Shown piece after piece: positions 29,573-38,602 of a DNA stretch of 64,000 bases. This DNA is from a bacterium BMS3Bbin03 (lineage in GTDB: Bacteria; Zhuqueibacterota; JdFR-76; BMS3Abin05), in assembly GCA_002898015.1 (NCBI GenBank), contig BDTM01000128.1, positions 2,781 through 66,780 on the forward strand. Direction: 5' to 3'. The notes below the pieces were generated by a model. It was not told the DNA's origin. It worked only from the letters and a program-made list of their open reading frames with translations, and made no database searches. How positions within the stretch are numbered: the stretch's first letter is position 1; each line of letters starts with the position of its first letter. The position numbers and the translations under genes were made by a program.

Positions 29573-31149
29573 GTGATTTTCCCTTTCTGAAATTTGCGCG
29601 TTTTTGCCCCCATCTCATAAGAAACAAGTGCCTTGACCAAGTCCGGAATTAGAAACTGTTTCGGCATGACGGTGGTGTGAAACCCAAAGCGCTCGGCTGT
29701 TTTTTGCGTAATGGGCCCGATGCAGGCCGTTTTGACGGCAGAAGCCACCTGAGGAATCTTTTCTGCACCGATTAATTGGACAAACTTTTCCACCGTTGAA
29801 GAACTTGTAAAGGTGATCCAATCGGGGAAAGCGGCCGGCTTTTCGAACAAATGAGCGGCCATTTCTCTTGAACGGCTGTTTAAAATGGTCCGGTAAACCG
29901 GCGCAACGGTGACAATTGCGCCCATTTGTTTCAACGTCTCCGGCAGCACGTCCCGCGCCGCTTCCGCACGCGCCAGAACCACCGTTTTGTTTTTGAGTGA
30001 AACCGTTTGAAAGGCTTCGATCAGCCCTTCCGCAATAAAAGACGCCGGCTGTAAATCGGGGATTAATCCGTAGTTTTTCAGAGCTTCCGAGGTGGCGGCG
30101 CCAATGCTGGCAATTTGGATTTTACCGAGCGCCCGAACATCTACTCCCGAATCGAACAAACGCTGCATCCATCTTTTGACGCCGTTGGCGCTGGTAAAAA
30201 CCAGCCAATCGATCCTTTCCGGATGGGCTAAAACTTCATCCGCAGATTTCCAGGATTCCGGGTCGACAATTTCGATGGCAGGCAGAACAATTGCCGCCGC
30301 ACCCTGCTCTCTCAGCAAATCTGCCAGAGAGCCGGCCTGCCCCTGAGCCCGTGTGACAAGAATTCGTTTTCCAAAAAGCGGCTTTTTTTCAAACCAGGAA
30401 AGCTTCTCACGCAAATTGACCACTTCTCCCACGACAATCAGTGCGGGCGGTGCCAGCCGGACGGCTTTTGCCCGGTCTGAAATGGTTTCCAGTGTCCCCA
30501 CGAGTACGTTTTGGTCCGGCAATGTACCGTTCCGAATGACAGCCGCCGGTGTCTGCGGAGATTTCCCGTGGGTTATCAATTGTGCCGTAATTTTAGGCAA
30601 TTGTCCCACGCCCATGTAAAAAACAAGCGTGCTTTTTTCCGCAGCCAGTGCCTTCCAATTAATATCTGAATTTTCCTTGGCAGGATCTTCATGCCCTGTG
30701 ACAAACGTAAGCGATGCGTCCATGCCGCGCAGTGTCGCCGGAATACCGGCATAATTTAAAGCGGCTGCCCCTGCCGTAATGCCGGGCACGACTTCAAACG
30801 GAATGCCGGCCTCCCACAGAGCAAGCGCTTCTTCGCCGCCGCGTCCGAAAATGTACGGATCTCCCCCTTTCAGCCGCACCACAACCGCACGGGTTTGAGC
30901 TTTTTCGATGAGGAGCTGATTAATCTTTTCCTGCCGAAGTGTGTGCTGCCCGGCTTTTTTTCCCACGTAAATTCTTTCCGTATGTTCGGGAACCCAATTC
31001 AGCAGTTCGGAATTGACCAGATTGTCGTAAATAACCACATCCGCTTTTTTTAAGAGAGCCTGCCCTTTTAAGGTGAGAAGACCCGGATCGCCGGGGCCGC
31101 TGCCGATCAGGTAAACCGTGCCCGTTTCTGATTTTCCAGGAGATTTCAT
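29569..31149 (-). CDS. cobA-hemD: Fused uroporphyrinogen-III C-methyltransferase / uroporphyrinogen-III synthase
   Basis: GSGPGDPGLLT, RLKGGDPYIFGRGGEE, then ILVTRA, FTSANGV, FTSSSTV, CIGPIT. Confidence 0.93.
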   Translation of the reverse strand: MKSPGKSETGTVYLIGSGPGDPGLLTLKGQALLKKADVVIYDNLVNSELLNWVPEHTERIYVGKKAGQHTLRQEKINQLLIEKAQTRAVVVRLKGGDPYIFGRGGEEALALWEAGIPFEVVPGITAGAAALNYAGIPATLRGMDASLTFVTGHEDPAKENSDINWKALAAEKSTLVFYMGVGQLPKITAQLITHGKSPQTPAAVIRNGTLPDQNVLVGTLETISDRAKAVRLAPPALIVVGEVVNLREKLSWFEKKPLFGKRILVTRAQGQAGSLADLLREQGAAAIVLPAIEIVDPESWKSADEVLAHPERIDWLVFTSANGVKRWMQRLFDSGVDVRALGKIQIASIGAATSEALKNYGLIPDLQPASFIAEGLIEAFQTVSLKNKTVVLARAEAARDVLPETLKQMGAIVTVAPVYRTILNSRSREMAAHLFEKPAAFPDWITFTSSSTVEKFVQLIGAEKIPQVASAVKTACIGPITQKTAERFGFHTTVMPKQFLIPDLVKALVSYEMGAKTRKFQKGKIT

Positions 31150-32450
31150 TCTGCCCTCAGCGCCTCCAGCAAACTCACCGTAATTTTATCGAAGGCCATA
31201 TCGAGATCTTCCGGCTGCATGGCATGCGATAAAAACACCGTCTCAAAAGGCGACGGCGGAAAATAGATTCCTTTTTCCAACAACGAGTGGAAGAATTTTG
31301 CGTACAACCCGGCATCTGCCCCGGATGCCTGCTTGAAATTTTCAACCGCGGTGTTTGTAAAAAATAGCGTCACCATGGAGCCCACCTGGTTAATGGTCAC
31401 CGGAAGCGACTTTTGGTGTATCCATTTTTTCAATCGGGCGACAAAGATAGTCGACGTTTCATTTAATTTTAAAGGAATCCGGTATTTTTGCAGATAGTCA
31501 AGTGTTGCAAGCCCGGCAGACATGGCCAACGGATTTCCCGACAGGGTGCCGGCCTGATAAATCGTTCCGGCAGGCGCCAGCGCATCCATCACATCACATC
31601 TCCCACCCACGGCGCCCACCGGCAGACCGCCTCCAATGATCTTTCCCAAACAGGTCAGATCGGGTTGGACGCCAAACAATTCCTGGGCGCCGCCATTTGA
31701 AAGACGGAATCCTGTAATGACTTCATCAAAAATAAGAAAAATGCCGGCCTGCCGCGTCAATTCCCGGAGCCCTTTTAGAAACCCTTCTTTGGGGGGGACC
31801 GTGCCCATGTTTCCGGCAACCGGCTCCACAATCACGGCTGCAATCTGGCCTTTAAAAGCCTCCACGAGCGATTCAACGGCAGTCAGATCGTTGTAAGGCG
31901 CCAGCAGCGTGTCCGAAACCAGGCTTTTGGGTACGCCCGGGGAACCCGGAATTCCCAGAGTGGCTGTGCCCGAACCCGCTTTCATAAGAAACGAATCTGA
32001 ATGCCCGTGATAACAGCCTTCAAACTTAATAATTTTGTCTTTATTGGAAATCCCGCGTGCCAGCCGGACGGCCGTCATCGCGGCTTCGGTCCCCGAATTC
32101 ACCATTCGTACTTTTTCAATGGAAGGCACCAGTTCGACCACTTTGGCGGCGAGCGCCACTTCCGCCTCTGTCGGTGCACCAAAACTCGTCCCCCTCTCCA
32201 GCGCTTTTTGAATGGCTTTTACGACCACCGGATGTCTGTGCCCCAGAATCAAAGGCCCCCAGGAACTCACGAAATCCAGGTAGCGATTTCCATCGGCATC
32301 GATGATAAACGGGCCGTCCCCTTTTTGAATAAACACGGGCGTGCCGCCCACAGAACCGAATGCCCGAACCGGACTGTTCACGCCGCCGGGGATAAATTTC
32401 TGCGCTTTTTCAAACCAGGCTTTGGAACGGTCGTTTTGCATCACCTTCAA
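31146..32450 (-). CDS. hemL: Glutamate-1-semialdehyde 2,1-aminomutase
   Basis: PGGVNSPVRAF, SWGPLILGH, FEGCYHGH, GKIIGGGLPVGA, QAGTLSGNP. Confidence 0.97.
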   Translation of the reverse strand: MKVMQNDRSKAWFEKAQKFIPGGVNSPVRAFGSVGGTPVFIQKGDGPFIIDADGNRYLDFVSSWGPLILGHRHPVVVKAIQKALERGTSFGAPTEAEVALAAKVVELVPSIEKVRMVNSGTEAAMTAVRLARGISNKDKIIKFEGCYHGHSDSFLMKAGSGTATLGIPGSPGVPKSLVSDTLLAPYNDLTAVESLVEAFKGQIAAVIVEPVAGNMGTVPPKEGFLKGLRELTRQAGIFLIFDEVITGFRLSNGGAQELFGVQPDLTCLGKIIGGGLPVGAVGGRCDVMDALAPAGTIYQAGTLSGNPLAMSAGLATLDYLQKYRIPLKLNETSTIFVARLKKWIHQKSLPVTINQVGSMVTLFFTNTAVENFKQASGADAGLYAKFFHSLLEKGIYFPPSPFETVFLSHAMQPEDLDMAFDKITVSLLEALRAE

Positions 32451-33376
32451 TTCCTTTTGTATCCTTTTAAAATTTCTCTTGCACTCTGTTGAAGCATTTT
32501 TTGAGCCAGAATTTCACCGGCTTTTTCCGGCTCTTCGACGTGTGCCACAACTTTTTCGCGGAGAATTTTCCTGCCGTCAAGGGAAGCCACCATCCCCGTC
32601 AGAATAATTTGATTGCCGACCACCTGCCCCAGAGCCCCGACCGGCACATGACACCCGCCTTCAATTTGACGCAAAAATTCCCGTTCGGCTCGAAGTGCAC
32701 CTTCCGTTTCCGGGTGAGCAATCGAACGGACCAACTGCCGCACTTCCCGGTCATGGCGGCGCCCTTCTATGGCGATGGCGCCCTGCCCGACTGCGGGCAG
32801 ACAAATCTCCGGCGGCAGAAATTCCGTCACATAGGACCGATATCCCATTCGTTTGATGCCCGCCCAGGCGACGACAATTCCATCCCAATCGGATTCCTGA
32901 TATTTTCGCAGCCGTGTGTCAATGTTCCCGCGCAGATTTTTAAATTGAAACTCCGGGCCGTATGCCAGAAGCTGTGCCTTCCGGCGGAGACTCCCTGTGG
33001 CAAGGCACGCTTTAGGCGGCAATTCTTTTAAGGTCCATCCATTTTGGGCCAGCAGCACATCACGCGGATCTTCCCTTTCGGTAAATGCCATTAAATCAAA
33101 ATCTTCATGAATTTCAGAGGGTAAATCTTTGGCACTGTGTACGGCAAAATCAATCTCCCCTTTCCGCAGAGAACGTTCAATTTCTTTGATAAAAACGCCC
33201 GTATCCCCCAATTGGTCTAACGGGCGAGTCTGCTCCCGATCTCCGGTGGTCGTGATTTTGACAAGTTCAATCGAGAGCCCCGGATTTCGATTAACCAGAC
33301 GTTCTTTCACCCAATAGGCCTGCCAGAGTGCCAATTTACTGCCGCGTGTTCCGAGTTTGTATGTGCGTTTTAACAT
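32447..33376 (-). CDS. hemC: Hydroxymethylbilane synthase
   Basis: GTRGSKLALWQ, VHSAKDLP, SLRRKAQ, RGNIDTRL, EGGCHVP. Confidence 0.97.
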   Translation of the reverse strand: MLKRTYKLGTRGSKLALWQAYWVKERLVNRNPGLSIELVKITTTGDREQTRPLDQLGDTGVFIKEIERSLRKGEIDFAVHSAKDLPSEIHEDFDLMAFTEREDPRDVLLAQNGWTLKELPPKACLATGSLRRKAQLLAYGPEFQFKNLRGNIDTRLRKYQESDWDGIVVAWAGIKRMGYRSYVTEFLPPEICLPAVGQGAIAIEGRRHDREVRQLVRSIAHPETEGALRAEREFLRQIEGGCHVPVGALGQVVGNQIILTGMVASLDGRKILREKVVAHVEEPEKAGEILAQKMLQQSAREILKGYKRN

Positions 33377-33400
33377 TAATTGTCCGATACCGTTATATTT

Positions 33401-34654
33401 TTATTCCAGATCAAAAAACTGTTTGATGACACTGATTTTATGAATGCCGTCGGGATTGTTGTAAAGTTCTTTCAATTTTACAGTCGGCAGATGGAGGATT
33501 TTATTAACGATTCGGCGCGTCATTTCTTCCGCAACAGGCCACTGTTCTTCTGGGAATTTATGTTCGTACTGTTTAAACTCTTTTTCCAGAATTTCCTCAA
33601 ACCGTCTGCGCAGCTTTTGAATCGTTGGATTGATCTGCAAATTTTTGATCCAATTCAGAAAATCAACCGTTTCAATTTTAATGATCTCGACGGCCTTTTC
33701 CGCTTCTCTTTCCCGCGAGGCCCGGTTTTGGGCAACAATTTGTTTTAGATCATCGATGTCGTACAGATAAATGCCGTCGAATTCACGAATCTCCGGATCC
33801 AAATCATAGGGAACGGCAATATCTATCAAAAACAAATTTCGCTTTTGGCGGATTTTAAGAATTTTTTGAATATCCTCTTTTACGAATAAGGGCTCCGGAG
33901 AACTTGTGGCCGTGATCACAATATCCGCCTGTATTAAATGCTCCATCACCTGCTCAAAGGGAACGGCTTTTCCTTCAACCCTTTCGGCAAGGTCCTGTGC
34001 TTTTTGCAAGGTCCGGTTGGCGACGATTATATTTTTCACGCCGGCTTGCTGCAGATGCCGGGCGGTTAACGCCGCCGTTTCACCGGCTCCGATGACGAGC
34101 GCACGACAATTTTGAATCGGATAAAAAATCTTTTCCGCCAATTGAACGGCCGCATGCCCCACAGAAACAACCCCGGATCCGACTTCTGTTTCCACGCGGA
34201 CCTTTTTATTCACCTCAAAGGCTTTGTGAAAAAGTCGATTTAAAATGGTTTTTGTTCCGCCAAACTGTGCGGCCAATCGATACGCTTCCCGCACCTGACC
34301 GGAGATTTGTGTTTCGCCGATAACCAGTGAATTTAGTCCGCCGATGACAGAAAACAAATGACGCACCATTTTATCGTTGGCGTGATGGTAAAAGTAGGCA
34401 GAGGCCTCTTGGCCGGGTAAATCAAAATAATCCAGATAAAATGTCTTTAAGGTCCGGATTCCTTCCTGCTCATCCAACACCACGGCGTAAATCTCACTCC
34501 GGTTACACGTGGAAAGGATCGTCACTTCCTGAATGCCGGGTAGAGAGAGTAATTCAGCGTAGATTCGGGGGTAATCTTCCCGGAGAAAGGTCACTTTATT
34601 TAAAAATTTTATGGATGCAGTTTGATGGCTAATCCCGTAGACAATTAAATCCAT
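33401..34654 (-). CDS. hemA: Glutamyl-tRNA reductase
   Basis: Catalytic STCNRSE, GETQISGQV, NADPH-binding IGAGE, IDIAVP, dimerisation KILHLP. Confidence 0.96.
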   Translation of the reverse strand: MDLIVYGISHQTASIKFLNKVTFLREDYPRIYAELLSLPGIQEVTILSTCNRSEIYAVVLDEQEGIRTLKTFYLDYFDLPGQEASAYFYHHANDKMVRHLFSVIGGLNSLVIGETQISGQVREAYRLAAQFGGTKTILNRLFHKAFEVNKKVRVETEVGSGVVSVGHAAVQLAEKIFYPIQNCRALVIGAGETAALTARHLQQAGVKNIIVANRTLQKAQDLAERVEGKAVPFEQVMEHLIQADIVITATSSPEPLFVKEDIQKILKIRQKRNLFLIDIAVPYDLDPEIREFDGIYLYDIDDLKQIVAQNRASREREAEKAVEIIKIETVDFLNWIKNLQINPTIQKLRRRFEEILEKEFKQYEHKFPEEQWPVAEEMTRRIVNKILHLPTVKLKELYNNPDGIHKISVIKQFFDLE

Positions 34655-35262
34655 TCGCGCAATTTATCCTTCACCTGCTTAATCGTTCCGTTTTGCAGGC
34701 TTGCCATCACCTGCGGCATAACAATCGTATCCATTATCCGCCGCCTTTCGACGGGATTGTCAACTTCTTCTTTCAGATGGCTTCGAATATTCCCGACAAT
34801 TTTAAGCGCTTCTTCATAAGATTCATCAAAAAGAGATTCCATAATTTTGCGAATTTCCCGCGCCATTGCGGGTGACTGACCGCTGGTGGAAATGGCAATT
34901 TGTAAATCCCCTCTGCGCACAATTGCCGGTACGTAAAAATCACAATTTTCCGGCTCGTCCACAACATTGATGAGCGTCTTTTCTCTTTTCGCCTCTTCAT
35001 AAATTTCCCGATTAACCTGCGGGTCATTTGTGGCGCTGATCGCCAGAAAATAGCCCCTTAAATCGCCCGAATGGTATTTTCGGTAATGGCAGATAATTTC
35101 GGCATTGATCCACATCCGGAAAAGTTCCGGTGTCAGGTCGGGACTAATCACCGTCACCGAAGCGCCGTACCGGTGCAGCGTTTTCACCTTTCGCTCTGCC
35201 ACTCTGCCGCCGCCGAACACCACACATTTTCGGTTCTTCAATTGTAAATAAATGGGATACAT
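34645..35262 (-). CDS. Precorrin-2 dehydrogenase / sirohydrochlorin ferrochelatase (SirC/Met8p/CysG-N)
   Basis: MYPIYL, GGGRVAERK, NVVDEP..CDFYVPA, ISTSGQSPAMA. Confidence 0.92.
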   Translation of the reverse strand: MYPIYLQLKNRKCVVFGGGRVAERKVKTLHRYGASVTVISPDLTPELFRMWINAEIICHYRKYHSGDLRGYFLAISATNDPQVNREIYEEAKREKTLINVVDEPENCDFYVPAIVRRGDLQIAISTSGQSPAMAREIRKIMESLFDESYEEALKIVGNIRSHLKEEVDNPVERRRIMDTIVMPQVMASLQNGTIKQVKDKLREWI

Positions 35263-35300
35263 TTTTAATGCTTGTCCTTTTGTTTAGCTCCTGAGATATG

Positions 35301-35317
35301 TTCAATTTTTATGCCAA
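35301..35317 (-). promoter_or_regulatory. sigma54 (-24/-12) promoter of the heme operon
   Basis: Minus strand reads TTGGCAT-AAAAA-TTGAA, about 40 nt upstream of the first ATG; exact -24/-12 spacing, with GA instead of GC at -12. Confidence 0.75.
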
Positions 35318-35444
35318 ACCTTCAAAATATGAGTCCGTTTTTTAATCATTATTCCATCGTAACTTGTTAATTATCAAGTAAACTAAAAAACGCCTGCTTT
35401 GCGGCGTTTTCTTTTTTACGGCCCGCGATGATTTTTGGGCCATT

Positions 35445-35483
35445 GGCTTTTCATTTTGAAAAACGGCTTTTCATTATGAAAAA
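35445..35483. promoter_or_regulatory. Tandem palindromic enhancer (UAS) sites, TTTTCA-N3-TGAAAA x2
   Basis: GGCTTTTCATTTTGAAAAA (35445-35463) and GGCTTTTCATTATGAAAAA (35465-35483), 20-bp period, about 130-165 bp upstream of the -24 element. Confidence 0.7.
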
Positions 35484-35495
35484 TTTTTATGACCG

Positions 35496-35520
35496 ACCTG
35501 ATGGTGAACCATCAGGCTAA
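35496..35520. repeat. 25-bp palindromic repeat, copy 2
   Basis: Identical to 24679-24703, same orientation. Confidence 0.8.
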
Positions 35521-35684
35521 GAATGGAAAGCGCCATAAATGGCGCTCACACAGCAGGACGCTTCAGCGTTCTTTTTTCTACTAAAAAGGTGCCGCCATTT
35601 GTTAAATCCAACCCCTCTGGCTGGTCGTAAAACCAAGATTGAAAAGAATACAATAATCGTAAGAGTACATCTTTGTGAAGAACC

Positions 35685-37619
35685 TCATTTGTTCTCTTTC
35701 CCCTGGATTCCGTATTCTTTTAATTTCCGCCAGAGTGTGGCCCGGCTAATCCCCAGCACTTCGGTGACTTTCCCCAGATTCCAGTCATAATATTCCAGTG
35801 TTTTTAAAATATGCTGCTTTTCCACTTCATAAAGTGTCGCCCATTCGGACGTATTTTGCGCCGACGGTTCTTCGTAAAATTGAATTTCCCGGGGCAGATC
35901 TGTGGGTGTAATGTGCTGCCCGATTGTCATGATAACCGCGCGTTCAATCGCATTTTCCAGCTCACGCACATTCCCCGGCCAGGGATAATTTTGCAGCAGC
36001 GCCATCGCTTCCTGGGTGATTCCCACAATGCGTTTTCCCGCCCCCTGACTCAGCTTCTCCAGGAAATAATCGGCCAATTCCGGGACATCTCCCTTCCGGA
36101 GACGAAGCGGCGGCACGACGATGTGGAACACTTTCAACCGGTAATACAAATCTTCCCGAAATTTGTGCTGTTCAACCAATTCTTTTAAATTTTTATTCGT
36201 GGCGGCAATGACCCGAACATCGACCTGGATGGTTTGTGTGCTTCCCACCCGGCGCACTTCACCCTCCTGAATGACACGCAAAATTTTGGCCTGCGTTGCG
36301 GGCGACATCTCTCCGATTTCATCCAGAAAAACAGTGCCCTGGTCGGCTTCTTCAAACAACCCTTTTTTCTGGGAAACAGCCCCGGTGAAGGCACCTTTCA
36401 AATAGCCGAACAACTCACTCTCCAGCAGCGTCTCCGATATCGCCGCACAATTGACCACAATGAAAGATTTCTCTGCGCGGGGACTATTTTTATGAATGGC
36501 TTTTGCCACCAATTCTTTTCCTGTCCCGCTCTCCCCTTCAATCAGAACCGTCGTGTTGGCAGTCGAAACCCGGGCGATCATTTCCAGCACCTGCTGTAAT
36601 TTCCGGCTCTTTCCAATGATTCCCGAAAACTCAAATCGCTCCCGCGAATACTGCCATGAAATAAATTCCTCCACCTCTTTCTCGAGCCGTTTCAGTAAAC
36701 CCGGCACTTCTTTTTGGCGGTCGTTGAAATTTTTCTGAATAATGGCTTGCAAGTCATCCCGATTATAGCAAAAAAGCAGCTCATCCACAATCTTTTCCGG
36801 GGCCTGATCCGTCAAATCAATGATTAACAGGGGCGTTCCTCTGCGGGGTTTCAACTGTTCGGAAACATGCGCTTTCCAGGCCGCTGCCGGCGGTTTTTGT
36901 TCCAGCCGGACAAGGATGTCAAACGTCTCGTTCGGCAGATTCCGGTTGGTTTCGGGAATCAAGGCATCCGGCTTTAACATCCTCTTCTGAATTGTCTTGA
37001 ATTTCAATTGTCGAAAATACCGGTACAGAAGCGGCCCCTCCGCGGAATCTCCGACAAGAGCCAAACGAATGTGCCGGATATTTCCGAAAATATGCCTTCC
37101 CAATTCGACAATGGCACTCTCAATCGTCACCGCTTCCGTAAAAAGGGAGGAATCGTCTACAATGCTTTTATAAAATTTTACACCGCTTTGAAACAGGCGA
37201 TTTAAAACCGGGCCTGTCAGTTCACTTTCCAGGCTTTGGGTGTATCCTTCCTTAACATTTTCCAGAAACTTGACATCTCCGATGATCGGCGTGCCGATTC
37301 CAAGCAGAACTTCAAAGAAATGGCGGATGCTTTCGCCCCGCTCCCATTCAAAAAAAACGCCTTTCGGCAATTCGGAAAGTACCGGAAATACAGACAGATA
37401 CACATCCTTTACCGAGCGAATCGTCTGATCGATGTCATCCGACACAAATACGCCTTCAAAATGATAGGGCGTATGAAAGGCCATTGCTTCTTCAAAATAA
37501 GTTTTCCGTTTAATTGCCGATAAAAATTCTCTGAAATTCCCGGAGACCAATTCTTTAAGAATGATTCTATTTTCTATCCAGGGAAGTTTTAGTCCAATTG
37601 AAATGATTTCGGAAGCCAT
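35685..37619 (-). CDS. sigma54-dependent activator (AAA+ / Fis-HTH) with an N-terminal degenerate glutamyl-tRNA reductase-like domain
   Basis: C-terminal half has GESGTGKE, GAFTGA, FLDEIGE, FREDLYYRL, WPGNVREL and HTH LGISRATLWRKL. The first ~325 aa align by eye with the neighbouring HemA. Confidence 0.9.
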   Translation of the reverse strand: MASEIISIGLKLPWIENRIILKELVSGNFREFLSAIKRKTYFEEAMAFHTPYHFEGVFVSDDIDQTIRSVKDVYLSVFPVLSELPKGVFFEWERGESIRHFFEVLLGIGTPIIGDVKFLENVKEGYTQSLESELTGPVLNRLFQSGVKFYKSIVDDSSLFTEAVTIESAIVELGRHIFGNIRHIRLALVGDSAEGPLLYRYFRQLKFKTIQKRMLKPDALIPETNRNLPNETFDILVRLEQKPPAAAWKAHVSEQLKPRRGTPLLIIDLTDQAPEKIVDELLFCYNRDDLQAIIQKNFNDRQKEVPGLLKRLEKEVEEFISWQYSRERFEFSGIIGKSRKLQQVLEMIARVSTANTTVLIEGESGTGKELVAKAIHKNSPRAEKSFIVVNCAAISETLLESELFGYLKGAFTGAVSQKKGLFEEADQGTVFLDEIGEMSPATQAKILRVIQEGEVRRVGSTQTIQVDVRVIAATNKNLKELVEQHKFREDLYYRLKVFHIVVPPLRLRKGDVPELADYFLEKLSQGAGKRIVGITQEAMALLQNYPWPGNVRELENAIERAVIMTIGQHITPTDLPREIQFYEEPSAQNTSEWATLYEVEKQHILKTLEYYDWNLGKVTEVLGISRATLWRKLKEYGIQGKENK

Positions 37620-37636
37620 TAAAACTCACCACCCAT

Positions 37637-38458
37637 TTAATACGCGTGCACACTTGAGATAAATGTGCTGAAAATCATAAAAGAAATAACGATCCATCCA
37701 AAGCCGACAATAGAAATGTAGGCACTTTTCCGGGGATGCCAATTCAAAAACCACCGAACGCTGAGGTACATGGCATAAATCAGCCAGGTGACAAACACAC
37801 TTAAAATTTTAGAGTCCAGATACCAGACATGGGTCAAATATTTTGAAGCCAGTGAAAGTGCAATGAAAATGCCCACTGTGAGAAAGATAAACCCAATGTA
37901 AATCGACTCCAGGCTCAGGCGGTCCAGAAGTTCAAGCGCGGGCAATCTCGAGTAAAAATATTTTAAATTTTTCTCCCGCAATTCTTTTAACAATGATAAA
38001 TACATAAAACTTGCGATAAACCCAATCGTCAATCCCGAATAGGAAAAGAGCATGATCAGCACATGCACCTGAACCCAGTCGTCCTGAAAATACGGCGGCA
38101 TGGGGCCGTGATGCAGGGGAAACACATTCGCGATCAATACAAATGTCGTCATGAGGCCCACAATAAAAATACCGAACGCCTGTTCCCGCAGGCGGATTTC
38201 AAGCACAAAATAGAGAACTCCAAAGAGCCACATCCATGTGAATGAAGCTTCACCCACACTTAGCACGGGAAAATGACCTTCCAGCCGCCATTGGAATACA
38301 ATTACAAGCGTCTGCAGAAGGATGCCGGCAAGCAGAAGAAAAGATGCCGGTCTGGCGAGACTTTTAGTCTGTTTCTGAAAATAGCGAATGTAAAACAAAA
38401 AACTCAGAAAATACAGCAAAAATACCGTCCATCGAAGAATCAGAATCAAGGTTTCCAT
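37637..38458 (-). CDS. HemX/CcsA-like membrane protein (cytochrome c assembly family)
   Basis: About 8 TM helices, HFP, VHV (His), RLPALELLD, WYLDSK, C-terminal His; no ResB/CcsB partner nearby. Confidence 0.85.
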   Translation of the reverse strand: METLILILRWTVFLLYFLSFLFYIRYFQKQTKSLARPASFLLLAGILLQTLVIVFQWRLEGHFPVLSVGEASFTWMWLFGVLYFVLEIRLREQAFGIFIVGLMTTFVLIANVFPLHHGPMPPYFQDDWVQVHVLIMLFSYSGLTIGFIASFMYLSLLKELREKNLKYFYSRLPALELLDRLSLESIYIGFIFLTVGIFIALSLASKYLTHVWYLDSKILSVFVTWLIYAMYLSVRWFLNWHPRKSAYISIVGFGWIVISFMIFSTFISSVHAY

Positions 38459-38602
38459 GGCTCCTCGCCGTTTAATTAAATTAAAGCTCCCGAAAGTCCG
38501 GACAGGCGTTCGGGGAGATTTTCTTCATCGAGCGTCCCCATTTAAAATACGAAGTCCCGGTTGAGCAAATTAAGCGCACAATCATCTGTGGTAATCTATT
38601 TT

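Noticed and set aside
36645-37619. Reading the HemA-like region as a hemA pseudogene
   Set aside because: It has no stops or frameshifts and is in frame with an intact AAA+/HTH, so it is a retained domain and not decay.
37637-38458. Calling this a system II cytochrome c synthase
   Set aside because: No resB/ccsB neighbour, no clear WGxxWxWD motif, and its context is heme synthesis; HemX-like is preferred but not proven.
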